Counted from the stretch's first letter, positions 17,375-26,712 are shown. The stretch is DNA of 64,000 bases from an uncultured Clostridium sp. (GCA_900553755.1 USEX01000002.1:16339-80338); one strand, 5' to 3'. The notes: generated by a model not told the origin, from the sequence alone. Program-made: numbers and translations.

Positions 17375-18025
17375 CTACTTTATTTTAACTCCAAGTAAAT
17401 TTATCAAGTCAATTGCTTGGAGCTCACTAATGGTAGCTCCTTTTATATCGTCAGTTGATATTGCAATTCCTTCTATTAGATTATCTGACAAATCTACTCC
17501 TTTCAAGGAAGTTTTAAAAAATTGAGCTTGTGTTAAGTCTGACTCTTTAAACACTACATTTTTTAATTTATTTTCTTGAAAGATGCTATTTCGTAGAATT
17601 GATTTCTTGAATAATGTGCTTTTAATATTGCTCATGCTCCAATTTATGTACACCAAATTACATTCTTCAAACTGTGCATTACATATCACACTTTCGCTAA
17701 AATTGCATCCTGTGAATTTGCAATTTCTAAACCTGCATCTTATAAAGCTGCTGCTGTTAAAAGAAGTGTTTGAAAAATTACAATTTTCAAATTCCGTATC
17801 CATAAAGGTGTTATTTTCTAAATTACTATTTAGAATTTCTACGTTATTAAATTTTGCTATTTTTATTGTAATATTTGTTAATTCAATTGCTTCTTCCTTA
17901 TAGCTTTCTACTACTATATTTTCCATAGTATCTGTTTCTTTAAATTCATTTAATAAATCATCTACTTCTTTTATATTATTTTTCAACCTTCCTCCCAGTT
18001 CAAGCAAAATTATATCATTTTCCAA
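17375..18025 (-). CDS. Pentapeptide-repeat protein (Qnr/MfpA-like fold)
   Basis: 216 aa. From about residue 80 there are tandem A(D/N)LxX-type pentapeptides (CNFSNTSFNSSSFIRCRFRNCKFTGCNFSESVICNAQFEECNLVY...). The C-terminal tail is LIEGIAISTDDIKGATISELQAIDLINLLGVKIK. Confidence 0.8.
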   Translation of the reverse strand: MENDIILLELGGRLKNNIKEVDDLLNEFKETDTMENIVVESYKEEAIELTNITIKIAKFNNVEILNSNLENNTFMDTEFENCNFSNTSFNSSSFIRCRFRNCKFTGCNFSESVICNAQFEECNLVYINWSMSNIKSTLFKKSILRNSIFQENKLKNVVFKESDLTQAQFFKTSLKGVDLSDNLIEGIAISTDDIKGATISELQAIDLINLLGVKIK

Positions 18026-18131
18026 ATAGTGTTTTCAGTATTTTCCATTAATTATTTCTTATATTAGTATGCTTATATCTCCTTCCTAATTTATATCATA
18101 CTTTCCTATCTTTCTCAATAAAATTTAAAAC

Positions 18132-18155
18132 AAAAAAGACAGCATTTCTGCTGCC
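18132..18155 (-). terminator. Rho-independent terminator of the 546-aa/66-aa/35-aa operon
   Basis: Minus strand reads GGCAGCA-GAAA-TGCTGTC followed by TTTTTTG, 8 nt after the small-ORF stop at 18163. Confidence 0.7.
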
Positions 18156-18162
18156 TCCTATT

Positions 18163-18270
18163 CTAGTTTATAGCTACTCCGTTTACATATAGTTTATATC
18201 CATTAAAGTCTATGTTGCTGTATGTTGCGTCTGCAATTTTTGCTTCATCCTCTATAATTAAAACTCTCAT
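18163..18270 (-). CDS. Small ORF (35 aa), hypothetical
   Basis: Hand translation gives MRVLIIEDEAKIADATYSNIDFNGYKLYVNGVAIN. RBS AGGA lies 7 nt upstream. The ORF sits 17 nt after the 66-aa ORF and directly before the terminator. It is below the ORF-track cutoff. Confidence 0.4.
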   Translation of the reverse strand: MRVLIIEDEAKIADATYSNIDFNGYKLYVNGVAIN

Positions 18271-18287
18271 ATTTTTCATCCTATATA

Positions 18288-18488
18288 TTAACGTTTTAAC
18301 TTTATAATTCTCTTTTTGTGTTCTTGTAATTTATTATTATACTTAGAAATGTTATCCTCTAAAAATTTTATTTGTTCTTTATATAAAAGTAATAAGCCTT
18401 CCTTTTCCATTTCTGACATTTCTTCTTCTTTTATTTGCCCCATCTCATATTTTTTCTGCAATAATTTAATCTTTGCTTTATTCATCAT
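18288..18488 (-). CDS. Small coiled-coil protein, hypothetical
   Basis: 66 aa, K/E-rich. Its start ATGATG overlaps the stop of the upstream 546-aa gene (ATGATGAATAA), which suggests translational coupling. Confidence 0.55.
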   Translation of the reverse strand: MMNKAKIKLLQKKYEMGQIKEEEMSEMEKEGLLLLYKEQIKFLEDNISKYNNKLQEHKKRIIKLKR

Positions 18489-20118
18489 ATTCCCTTTCAG
18501 ACTGTTCTGCTATCTCTCCCGGCACAACATCTTTATAAAATGCTTCTTTGCTTTCTCTTAATAATCTTTCATATTCTTTTTCTAACTCTTCTGCTTGTCT
18601 ATTTTTCTCTCTCATTTTTTCCAGCTTATCTAATAATTCCTTTTTTCTATTTTTTGCAGTCTCTAATTCTGTTTGTTGCTTCTTTGGGGGATTTTTTTCT
18701 TGCTGCTTTTGAGACAAAGTTATTTGATATTTCTCTAATACTTTTTTTAGTTCTTCATAGCTTCTAGCACCAAATCCATTTATTTGTTTTAATTCTTTTT
18801 CTGTTAAACTTTGTATATCTCCCAATGTATCTATCCCCGCTCTTTTCAAGCGATTAAAACATCCTACAGATAAATTGATTTCTTCTATTGGCAATGATAT
18901 TTTTCTTCTTATATTGTCTTCTTTTATCTTTCTTTGCTTTATAGCATCTTTTAGGTTCTTTAAGAAATTCATTTCTCCTAAAAGTTTACAATCTTCTTTT
19001 AAAAGCTCTTTTCTTATGTCTTTAAAAAGTAATAAATTACTATTATTTATGTCTTGCTCTATTTGTTCCAATAAAATTTTCTCTTCAGCACTTACCAAAG
19101 AATTCGCTTTCATTTGTTCTAAATCATATTCTACTTCTTTTTCTATGGCTTCTTGTCTAATCTTTTTTAGTGCTGATTTTTCCAATACTCTTATTCCTTC
19201 TGGAGAAATATTAAGTTCAGTTCCAATAGCTCTTAGACTAGTTTGCATATCTTCATTCATAAGCCCAAACCTTCTAAAAATTACATATTTACTTTTTTCT
19301 GGTAATGTTTCCATTGCTTCTTCTAATTTTTTACTTGAATAAATTCTTAGCTTAGTATCCGAATCATCTATGTCAAAAATCTTTTGATATAACTGATTAT
19401 ATTTCTCACTCTTAGGGCTTCCATCCATATCTAATACATTCTTAACTAATCCTCTTCCTAATATCTCATCACACTCACTTAGCTGGCTTTTTCTATACAA
19501 GTCCACAAATGTATTCATATTTTTATATTTTTCTATAATATATGAAATTATTTTTTCATTTTCTCCACATTTTCTTGCAATCCATTTTATTGCCTTAGAC
19601 ATACCAAAAACACCACCAATATTAGCTTCTCTACATTTTATTATCTGGTCTTCCTTAAGCTTTCCCTTTGACATTGCGTTTCTTACATCATTGTAATACT
19701 TCTTCATTTTCTCATATTCTTCACATAGGCTTATATATTCTTCTTCACTTGAAGCTATTCCTCTTAATGCTTCGTTTTGCTTTTTACCTGTTGACACATG
19801 CAACATTGGATATCTCTTTTGCCACTTTACTATTTCTTCTACTTTTTCAGCAACTGTAGGTCCTACTTGCCTTTCAAGTATCCCCATACTCTTTAATTTT
19901 TCTAATTGTTCTTCTGTAGGGTTTAATGATATTTTATTTTTTCTTGTTCCTTTCTGCAAAGCATTAATTTCACTTCTAATTCCTATTGCCCAAACACCTA
20001 CTGGATATCCTTCAAAAACTGAAGCTCCATTTAATTTTTCTCCTGTATTTAAATATTGCTCAAATAGTTCAATCTTACGTTCTAAGCTAACTGCTTTTTT
20101 TCTTTTTCTATTTTCCAT
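18478..20118 (-). CDS. Multidomain protein: helicase-associated (HA)-like repeats + sigma-70 region-4-like HTH + RNA polymerase alpha-CTD-like helix-hairpin-helix + acidic coiled-coil tail
   Basis: 546 aa. HA-like segment FEQYLNTGEKLNGASVFEGYPVGVWAIGIRSE...LEKLKSMGI. Sigma r4.2-like segment LPEKSKYVIFRRFGLMNEDMQTSLRAIGTELNISPEGIRVLEKSALKKIR. Alpha-CTD-like segment PIEEINLSVGCFNRLKRAGIDTLGDIQSLTEKELKQINGFGARSYEELKKVLEKYQI. Confidence 0.75.
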   Translation of the reverse strand: MENRKRKKAVSLERKIELFEQYLNTGEKLNGASVFEGYPVGVWAIGIRSEINALQKGTRKNKISLNPTEEQLEKLKSMGILERQVGPTVAEKVEEIVKWQKRYPMLHVSTGKKQNEALRGIASSEEEYISLCEEYEKMKKYYNDVRNAMSKGKLKEDQIIKCREANIGGVFGMSKAIKWIARKCGENEKIISYIIEKYKNMNTFVDLYRKSQLSECDEILGRGLVKNVLDMDGSPKSEKYNQLYQKIFDIDDSDTKLRIYSSKKLEEAMETLPEKSKYVIFRRFGLMNEDMQTSLRAIGTELNISPEGIRVLEKSALKKIRQEAIEKEVEYDLEQMKANSLVSAEEKILLEQIEQDINNSNLLLFKDIRKELLKEDCKLLGEMNFLKNLKDAIKQRKIKEDNIRRKISLPIEEINLSVGCFNRLKRAGIDTLGDIQSLTEKELKQINGFGARSYEELKKVLEKYQITLSQKQQEKNPPKKQQTELETAKNRKKELLDKLEKMREKNRQAEELEKEYERLLRESKEAFYKDVVPGEIAEQSEREYDE

Positions 20119-20211
20119 TTTGTACTCCTATTCAGTATTATATTTACATAATATCTATCATTTATATAAAAAATAAGCATTTCGCTTTTTTGTTGAAATG
20201 CTTCCTCGTTT

Positions 20212-20287
20212 TGGTTGCGGGGGTAAGATTCGAACTTACGACCTTTGGGTTATGAGCCCAACGAGCTGCCAGCTGCTCCACCCCGCG
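20212..20287 (-). tRNA. tRNA-Met, initiator type (anticodon CAT)
   Basis: Minus strand reads CGCGGGGTGGAGCAGCTGGCAGCTCGTTGGGCTCATAACCCAAAGGTCGTAAGTTCGAATCTTACCCCCGCAACCA. C1/A72 are unpaired, three G-C pairs close the anticodon stem, and CCA is encoded. Confidence 0.93.
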
Positions 20288-20302
20288 ATGTATTACTTTT
20301 TT

Positions 20303-20332
20303 ATTATACTACTAAATATATATTCGTGTCAA
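20303..20332 (-). promoter_or_regulatory. Sigma-A promoter of tRNA-fMet
   Basis: On the minus strand: TTGACA (20332..20327), an 18-nt spacer, then TATAAT (20308..20303), 15 nt upstream of the tRNA 5' end. Confidence 0.7.
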
Positions 20333-20393
20333 CCCTATAATAGAACTTTTATGGGCAATTTCTTGATTAAAACTGCCCATAAAGTATTTTTAA

Positions 20394-21005
20394 TTAAACA
20401 CTTAGTTTTTCTTTCATGTTTTGAAACTTTGAATCGCCTATTCCTGGCACACTTTTTATGTCTTCTATCTTTTGAAACTTACCATTACTTTTTCTATAAT
20501 CTATAATTTTTATTGCAGTAGATTCCCCCACTCCGGGCAAAGTCATTAATTCCTCTTTTGTTGCTGTATTTATATTTACGGTTTCCTTTTTTCCATCGAC
20601 TTTATCTGTATTTCCAGCTCCTTCAGTAATCACATTTTCTCCATTTTCTGCTGTTACATATTCCTTCTCCTCAGTATCATTAATAGAAGGCACATACAAT
20701 TTCTCACCATCTTGCAAAATATATGCTAAGTTTAATTTACTTAAATCAGCATCTTCTGTTTCTCCTCCAGCAGCTTCTATAGCATCTATAATTCTATCTC
20801 CAGAATTCAATATAACCACACCTTCTGCTTTAACACTTCCAGTAATATGTATTAAAATCTTGTTTTCCTCTTCATTATCTGTCCCTCCGTTTTCCACTGA
20901 GTTTAAAATTTCATTTTCACTTAAAAATATATCTTTATCTTCTTTATTCATAGTTTTAAGTATATATGCTCCAATTGTTATAATAACAATTAAACCAATT
21001 CCCAT
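20394..21005 (-). CDS. comEA: Competence protein ComEA (membrane-anchored DNA-binding helix-hairpin-helix protein)
   Basis: 203 aa with an N-terminal TM segment and an SLBB-like middle region. C-terminal tandem HhH: VNINTATKEELMTLPGVGESTAIKIIDYRKSNGKFQKIEDIKSVPGIGDSKFQNMKEKL. Confidence 0.9.
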   Translation of the reverse strand: MGIGLIVIITIGAYILKTMNKEDKDIFLSENEILNSVENGGTDNEEENKILIHITGSVKAEGVVILNSGDRIIDAIEAAGGETEDADLSKLNLAYILQDGEKLYVPSINDTEEKEYVTAENGENVITEGAGNTDKVDGKKETVNINTATKEELMTLPGVGESTAIKIIDYRKSNGKFQKIEDIKSVPGIGDSKFQNMKEKLSV

Positions 21006-21143
21006 AAAAATTCCTATTTGCTTAATATTTAAATTTTTAATATTATCACCTTCTTTTAAATTATTTACGTTTTTCCAATATTCGATTGAATTTTCATCAA
21101 AATTAATATATTATTTATATAAAATTTTTAAGGAGATTCATCA

Positions 21144-22463
21144 ATGCCGCACATCAAAAAATTAAAAAAACTAATTATTTTAATATGCATTTTAATTTTT
21201 TCTTTATGCTTCAATTATTCAGCTGTATTTGCTAACGAAAATATTTTAGTAGACGTTTATGCCCCTGCAGCTATTTTAATGGAGTCCACTACAGGGAAAA
21301 TCTTATATAGTAAAAATGCTAATCAAAAAATGTACCCAGCAAGCACCACAAAAATAATGACAGCTATTCTAACTTTAGAAAATTGTGATTTATCAGATAT
21401 TGTAACAGTTAGCCACAACGCTATCTTTTCCGTTCCTGTTGGATATTCTAATGCCAATCTGCAAGAGGGAGAAGAACTTACCGTAGAGCAATTACTAAAT
21501 GTATTATTAATTCCATCTGCAAATGATGCAGCATTTGCCTTGGCAGAGCATATAGCCAGCTCTGTTGATGCATTTTCCGATATGATGAACAAAAAAGCTG
21601 AAGAAATCGGATGTAAAAATACACATTTTGTTAATCCCAATGGTATACACAATGAAAACCATTATTCTACTGCATATGATTTAGCTCTAATCGGAAATTA
21701 TGCAATGAAATTTGATACCTATAGAAAAATAACAACCACAGTGACCTATACATTACCAGCTACAAATAAATATGATAAGGAAGATAGAATTTTCAGCAAC
21801 ACAAATGATTTAATTAAGTCATCTTCCACATATTATTACCCATATATTACAGGTGGAAAAACTGGATATACAGATGCAGCTTTAAATTGCATTGTTACTA
21901 CTGCTCAGAAAAATGATATGGAATTAACTGTTGTAATATTGCATGATGAGAAAGTTAATGGCTTAAATACACGATCACTTGATTGTAAAAGTTTATTTGA
22001 ATATGGTTTTGATAATTACATTGTAGACACAATAGTATTGAAAGGAACCGTAGAAAAAAATATAAATGTCGAAAATGGAACTGTGAATTCTAAAAACTTA
22101 GATTTAATTATTGATAAAGATGTAACTGCTGTTGTTCCCATAAATTTTGATGCTACAACGTCAACCCCAAATATAGTATTAAACGAAGATATTAAAGCTC
22201 CTATTCACGAAGGAGATGTGCTAGGGACTGTCTCTTATTACATTAATAATGAAACATATTCTGCAAATTTAGTAGCTGCACATTCAGTTGCAGAACATCA
22301 AATAATATTAACATTAATAGAACTAATATCAATTACTTTATTTTTAATAATATTGTCAAAATTTTTGAAGCATATTAATAATAAAAAACGAAAAAAGCGC
22401 AGTAATAAAGGAAATAAAAAATCCTCAAAATATGTTAAAAACTTTTATCCAAAATACAAATAG
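21144..22463 (+). CDS. D-alanyl-D-alanine carboxypeptidase (S11, PBP5-type low-molecular-weight PBP)
   Basis: 439 aa with RBS AAGGAGA and a signal peptide. It carries the SxxK (PASTTKIMTA), SxN (PSANDAA) and KTG (GGKTGYT) motifs, plus a C-terminal TM segment and a Lys-rich tail. Confidence 0.92.
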   Translation: MPHIKKLKKLIILICILIFSLCFNYSAVFANENILVDVYAPAAILMESTTGKILYSKNANQKMYPASTTKIMTAILTLENCDLSDIVTVSHNAIFSVPVGYSNANLQEGEELTVEQLLNVLLIPSANDAAFALAEHIASSVDAFSDMMNKKAEEIGCKNTHFVNPNGIHNENHYSTAYDLALIGNYAMKFDTYRKITTTVTYTLPATNKYDKEDRIFSNTNDLIKSSSTYYYPYITGGKTGYTDAALNCIVTTAQKNDMELTVVILHDEKVNGLNTRSLDCKSLFEYGFDNYIVDTIVLKGTVEKNINVENGTVNSKNLDLIIDKDVTAVVPINFDATTSTPNIVLNEDIKAPIHEGDVLGTVSYYINNETYSANLVAAHSVAEHQIILTLIELISITLFLIILSKFLKHINNKKRKKRSNKGNKKSSKYVKNFYPKYK

Positions 22464-22490
22464 GGAAACAAATATATGCTTCCCTATTTT
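22461..22490 (+). terminator. Terminator after the carboxypeptidase gene
   Basis: TAGGGAA-(12 nt)-TTCCCTA followed by TTTTATATTTT. The stem includes the TAG stop. Confidence 0.55.
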
Positions 22491-22514
22491 ATATTTTATT
22501 AGTTTGAATCAATT

Positions 22515-23576
22515 TTATTTCGCTACATTTGTTTTTTCTTCTTCCGTTATTTCGGTTTCAGTTTTTGGAAATAGTTCTTTAACTAGTTTCTTTGTATCTG
22601 CTTCATCTGCTACATATATTGAAACTCCATTACACATTTCAGATCTTCCAGGTACAACTCCTGTATTTAAATTCTCTGTATTAAATTCCACTATTTTAGG
22701 AATATACTTTTTCAATGATGCAAAATCTAAATTTGTTTTTACATCTGTTGACATTATATCCATTACATCTCTTATTTTAAATATATTCTCTACCCTTAAA
22801 GTTTGTTTTAGTGTAGCTGAGATAAACTCCCTTTGCGTTTTCATTCTTCCTATATCTTGTTGACCATAAGAAGAAGGATATGTAGAGCCATCATTATTAT
22901 GCCTAAATCTTAATAATTGTTCTGCTTTTGCTCCATCTATTAGCTGCTCACCTGCTTTTAAAGATATATGTAAATTTTGTGAATCATCATCATATTCCAT
23001 ATCAATTGGTACGTCAAATGTTACACCACCTATCGCATCAACCAATTTTATTAATGCTTTTGTATCTATTATTACATAATTTTCTAATTCCAATCCCGTC
23101 AACTTGTTAATTCTACTTAGTGCATCTGGAATATTCGTTCCATTTCTAAAAACAGTATTTATTTTATAGCTTGCAATATAATTTTGAGTAGCATTTTTTC
23201 TGTCTTTTCTTCCAACATATGTATCTCTTGGTATCGACATTAAAGATGCAGATTGGTTTTTAGGATTATATGAAGCAACCATAATTGAATCAGCTAATTT
23301 GTAATCATCTACTCCACTTATTCCCATTATTAATATTTGTATTGGCTCTAGATTTTCCTGTGATTCTTTGCTCTCTCCTAGTACTGTTGCTAAAACTCCA
23401 GATAGTCCACCACCATTGCTTTGAATCTTATATGTTATAAACAAAATTCCTGCAATTATTGCTGCAACTAATATTGTTAGAACAGATTTCATTAAGGCTC
23501 TAGATTTTTTCTTTTTATATCTCCTCTTTTTATTTTCTTTGGTTTTATCTATATCACCCAATTTTCTCACTCCCAT
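22515..23576 (-). CDS. LytR-CpsA-Psr (LCP) family cell-wall polymer transferase
   Basis: LCP core ILIMGISGVDDYKLADSIMVASYNPKNQSASLMSIPRDTYV...INTVFRNG. A K-rich cytoplasmic tail is followed by one TM segment. The start is taken at MGVRK (23576); the ORF is open to 23621, but that extension looks non-coding. Confidence 0.85.
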   Translation of the reverse strand: MGVRKLGDIDKTKENKKRRYKKKKSRALMKSVLTILVAAIIAGILFITYKIQSNGGGLSGVLATVLGESKESQENLEPIQILIMGISGVDDYKLADSIMVASYNPKNQSASLMSIPRDTYVGRKDRKNATQNYIASYKINTVFRNGTNIPDALSRINKLTGLELENYVIIDTKALIKLVDAIGGVTFDVPIDMEYDDDSQNLHISLKAGEQLIDGAKAEQLLRFRHNNDGSTYPSSYGQQDIGRMKTQREFISATLKQTLRVENIFKIRDVMDIMSTDVKTNLDFASLKKYIPKIVEFNTENLNTGVVPGRSEMCNGVSIYVADEADTKKLVKELFPKTETEITEEEKTNVAK

Positions 23577-23692
23577 ATGTTTTATAGCACTTAGTATATC
23601 AAAATATATTATAAAGCGCAATATATAAACATAAAAAATATGAATAAGGTTTCAAAAACATAGTGTAAACTAATCAAAAAATATTGGCATAT

Positions 23693-23736
23693 AAAAAAAG
23701 TGCCATTTAAGCCGTCAAAATTCTGCTTAAATGGCA
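23693..23736 (-). terminator. Terminator after cvpA
   Basis: TGCCATTTAAGC-(12 nt)-GCTTAAATGGCA: a perfect 12-bp stem 7 nt after the stop at 23743. The minus strand continues CTTTTTTTAT. Confidence 0.7.
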
Positions 23737-23742
23737 TTTATT

Positions 23743-24396
23743 TTATTTAACAAATAAATTTATCAATATATTATTATTATACAAATTATTTCCTAAAACC
23801 GATTTGTTTATTGCTTGAATCATAGTGCTATCTGTCCATACTAGGCTTGCAAATGATATTATTGCTAATACAGCATATATTATTATTAATCCTTCCACTA
23901 CGCCGTAAGCAATTCCTCCCAATTTATCTATTTGTTTTATTATTGGAAATGAGGCAACTCCTTTTATGAAGAAACTAATTACCCATAATATAACTTTTGC
24001 AATTAGGAAAACTATTATCGCACAGCCCAAATTTATAATCGTTGTTGATATTCTTTCTGCTGATTGTTCTACTATTGTGTTTTTTGCTTCTGTTGTTGCA
24101 TTCTCTATTTCTTTGTTTACATTATTTAAAATTGAGTTTTGTATTTTATTTTGCTCTTCGCTATTTTCATTTTTGTTTTCGCTGAAATTATTTATTATAG
24201 CACTTTTTATGTTTTCATTTATTTGTGTATTATTTATAATAATATTTGAAACCGGCTTATACAACACAAACGCTATTACAATTGATAGTGCAAAAGAAAT
24301 TAGCTTTAATAAGCTTCCAGTTAATCCTTTTTTATATCCTGCAAGTATAAAAACTAATAAAATTCCTATTAAAATTAAATCTACTATAATTCCCAT
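23743..24396 (-). CDS. cvpA: CvpA family membrane protein
   Basis: 217 aa. The N-terminus MGIIVDLILIGILLVFILAGYKKGLTGSLLKLISFALSIVIAFVLY is typical of CvpA, and there are four or more TM spans. Confidence 0.8.
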   Translation of the reverse strand: MGIIVDLILIGILLVFILAGYKKGLTGSLLKLISFALSIVIAFVLYKPVSNIIINNTQINENIKSAIINNFSENKNENSEEQNKIQNSILNNVNKEIENATTEAKNTIVEQSAERISTTIINLGCAIIVFLIAKVILWVISFFIKGVASFPIIKQIDKLGGIAYGVVEGLIIIYAVLAIISFASLVWTDSTMIQAINKSVLGNNLYNNNILINLFVK

Positions 24397-24406
24397 TTTT
24401 CCTCCT

Positions 24407-25603
24407 CTATAAATTTATAATATCTATTTTATTTTTATAGATAATTCCTGCTATTTTGTTATTCATTGCTATTCCTCTTATTTCTTGTGTAGACACATAT
24501 TTTTTAATTAACCAGCCATTGCTATCTATAAAATGAACTTCTGCTCCTAAGTTAATGCTTATTCTGTTTCCATAGCAATTTACAGATTTGACAGCCCCTT
24601 CAACATTATACACACTAGATTTTAAGCTTGACGTATTTATTAATTGAACTTCAGTTTTTGTATTAAATAACCCTTCATTATTTTCTACTATTTTTAATGC
24701 TGTATCAAATAAATTTATATCTGCAAATGTAATTTTTTTGTCGTTTTCCTTTAATAGTGTAACCTCTTTATTCTCATTATTCTCTATTTCTTGTATTGAA
24801 TCTTCATACATACACACTAATCTATTTTTATGATATTTTATATTGGTTACCAAACTATTTTCGTTTGCTTTGTATGTATATATCACAGCATCTGCTGGCA
24901 TCTGCTTTGCTTTCTCTATTGATATTATTTTTATATTTGATTGTATTAAAGTTCCTGATGTATTAACCTCTGCAAAACTTAGATATTTATTATCAGAAGA
25001 GATTTCAGAGCTAATTGCAATTGTGTTAGATAAGTATGTTTTAAATAACTCATTGCCATTTTCATCATATAAAATAATTACAGATTTATATGAAGTTCCT
25101 GACAAAGTCACCGATACATATCCGTTTTCATTTACATCTACTGTTGATATATTTCCAGACAAAGTATTTTCCCAAACAATCTCATTATTTTTAACCAAAT
25201 ATATCTTTTGTCCTAATTTTTCTGCTATTGCTGCATAATTTCCATTCGTATCAATTAAAGGTTTCGTTATTTCAATTTTAAGAGTTGACTCCTCATTACC
25301 GGCAGAATTATATTTTGTCATTACATTGTCTTTAATTACTGCAATATAATTTGAAAAAGCAAATACATTCGAAACATTTATATCTGATATTTTAACCTGC
25401 GTAGCATTATTTTCTTCTATTTCTTTTCTAAAAATATAAATATCGCAGAACATTCTAAATTGAGCATTAAATGCATATATAATAAAGCATATAAGCCAAA
25501 TTAATATTATAGCCCCTAAGATTCCAGCTATTATTAGCTTCTTTTTATTTATCTTTTTATTAAAATCATTTATATATGTTACATTGTCTTTCTTTGGTTT
25601 CAT
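24407..25603 (-). CDS. N-terminally anchored hypothetical protein (beta-rich extracellular domain, DUF5711-like)
   Basis: 398 aa with a single TM segment (LIIAGILGAIILIWLICFIIYAF), then a repetitive beta-strand-like sequence. It lies 10 nt upstream of cvpA. No catalytic motif was recognised. Confidence 0.65.
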   Translation of the reverse strand: MKPKKDNVTYINDFNKKINKKKLIIAGILGAIILIWLICFIIYAFNAQFRMFCDIYIFRKEIEENNATQVKISDINVSNVFAFSNYIAVIKDNVMTKYNSAGNEESTLKIEITKPLIDTNGNYAAIAEKLGQKIYLVKNNEIVWENTLSGNISTVDVNENGYVSVTLSGTSYKSVIILYDENGNELFKTYLSNTIAISSEISSDNKYLSFAEVNTSGTLIQSNIKIISIEKAKQMPADAVIYTYKANENSLVTNIKYHKNRLVCMYEDSIQEIENNENKEVTLLKENDKKITFADINLFDTALKIVENNEGLFNTKTEVQLINTSSLKSSVYNVEGAVKSVNCYGNRISINLGAEVHFIDSNGWLIKKYVSTQEIRGIAMNNKIAGIIYKNKIDIINL

Positions 25604-25651
25604 TTTTACCTCTTTAAAATATATAATTCTTATTATTTTATACCAGTTTTG

Positions 25652-26668
25652 CTATACTTTTGCAACACTATTTTTTAATATTAATACAATTTGCAAAATT
25701 CCTAAAGCTCCAAAAAGTGGATACAAAGTTTTAATTAGATTGCCAAAACCTATTGTAGATATCGGAATACTTATTATACACATAATAGCAACTATTCTCT
25801 TATATTTTTTATTATCTACAATTGTTTTTTCTTTTACATTTTCTAGTACACCATATCCTGCAGCTACTGCTGAAGTTAATATTGCAACCTCTATGGCTAT
25901 TGAGTATGTTATTTTTTCTATTTTATTATTTAATATCATAATTGTTGGCAATTCAACATTTTTAATATTCATATTAGAATTTATTAGCATGCCAAAAATT
26001 CCAAATGCCAATATTATAATAAATATCGCAGATAAAATACTAACAATCACTTTTTCCTTTTTTCTCTGTACTAAATCATTTAATGTAATCAAAATTGGAA
26101 TTAATGTGATGCCATTATAGCTAGCATATAGAATTGCACTTATCGTGCAAGGTAAGACCTTTGTAGATTCTGTACCTAAAGCTTGCAAATTTCCATATTT
26201 AAGGCTGATAAAAAGCATCGCTACTATTAGTAACGGAACAAGAAGAACATTTATTTTTATAATTCCAGACATTTTATGTGATAAAATAAAATACATGAAA
26301 ATTGCTAGTAAAGAGCTAGTAATATATGTAGAAATATCATATTCCTGCTTAAAAAAACTGCTAAATCCTGCTATCATAATGTAAAAAGATATTAATAAAA
26401 AAATATTAACAATATTATATAAGAATTGCGGCTCATTTATATTTTCCATCAATTCTTTATTATTTTTAATTTTTCTTTTCTCACATACATTTAATGTGCT
26501 GTATATTATAATTCCTGCTAATATTCCAGCTATATTAATTCCTAATATTCCCATATATCCATATACAGCAAAGAAATTATATATTTCTTTTCCAGATGCA
26601 AATCCTGCACCTATAATTGTTCCTAATACAACAAATAATACCTTTAATATATTTTTATAATTGCACAT
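25652..26668 (-). CDS. YkvI family polytopic membrane protein (putative transporter)
   Basis: Hallmark motif GTIIGAGFASGKEIYNFF near the N-terminus and about 10 hydrophobic spans. The start is taken at the second ATG (26668), 6 nt after AGGGGG; the ORF is open from 26683. Confidence 0.8.
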   Translation of the reverse strand: MCNYKNILKVLFVVLGTIIGAGFASGKEIYNFFAVYGYMGILGINIAGILAGIIIYSTLNVCEKRKIKNNKELMENINEPQFLYNIVNIFLLISFYIMIAGFSSFFKQEYDISTYITSSLLAIFMYFILSHKMSGIIKINVLLVPLLIVAMLFISLKYGNLQALGTESTKVLPCTISAILYASYNGITLIPILITLNDLVQRKKEKVIVSILSAIFIIILAFGIFGMLINSNMNIKNVELPTIMILNNKIEKITYSIAIEVAILTSAVAAGYGVLENVKEKTIVDNKKYKRIVAIMCIISIPISTIGFGNLIKTLYPLFGALGILQIVLILKNSVAKV

Positions 26669-26669
26669 A

Positions 26670-26698
26670 AAAAGCCCCCTCATAATATTTATGAGGGG
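26670..26698 (-). terminator. Terminator after the GldG-like gene, overlapping the ykvI RBS
   Basis: Minus strand reads CCCCTCATA-AATAT-TATGAGGGG followed by GCTTTTT. The 3' arm supplies the AGGGGG RBS of ykvI. Confidence 0.6.
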
Positions 26699-26712
26699 AT
26701 TTTAGTTTTATA

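Noticed and set aside
17375-18025. Annotating the pentapeptide-repeat protein as a quinolone-resistance determinant (qnr)
   Set aside because: Only the fold class can be read from the sequence. The first third is not pentapeptide repeat, and no functional inference is justified without alignment or assay.
20198-20506. ORF 20198..20506 (+)
   Set aside because: It reads through the antisense of tRNA-fMet and its promoter, so it is spurious.
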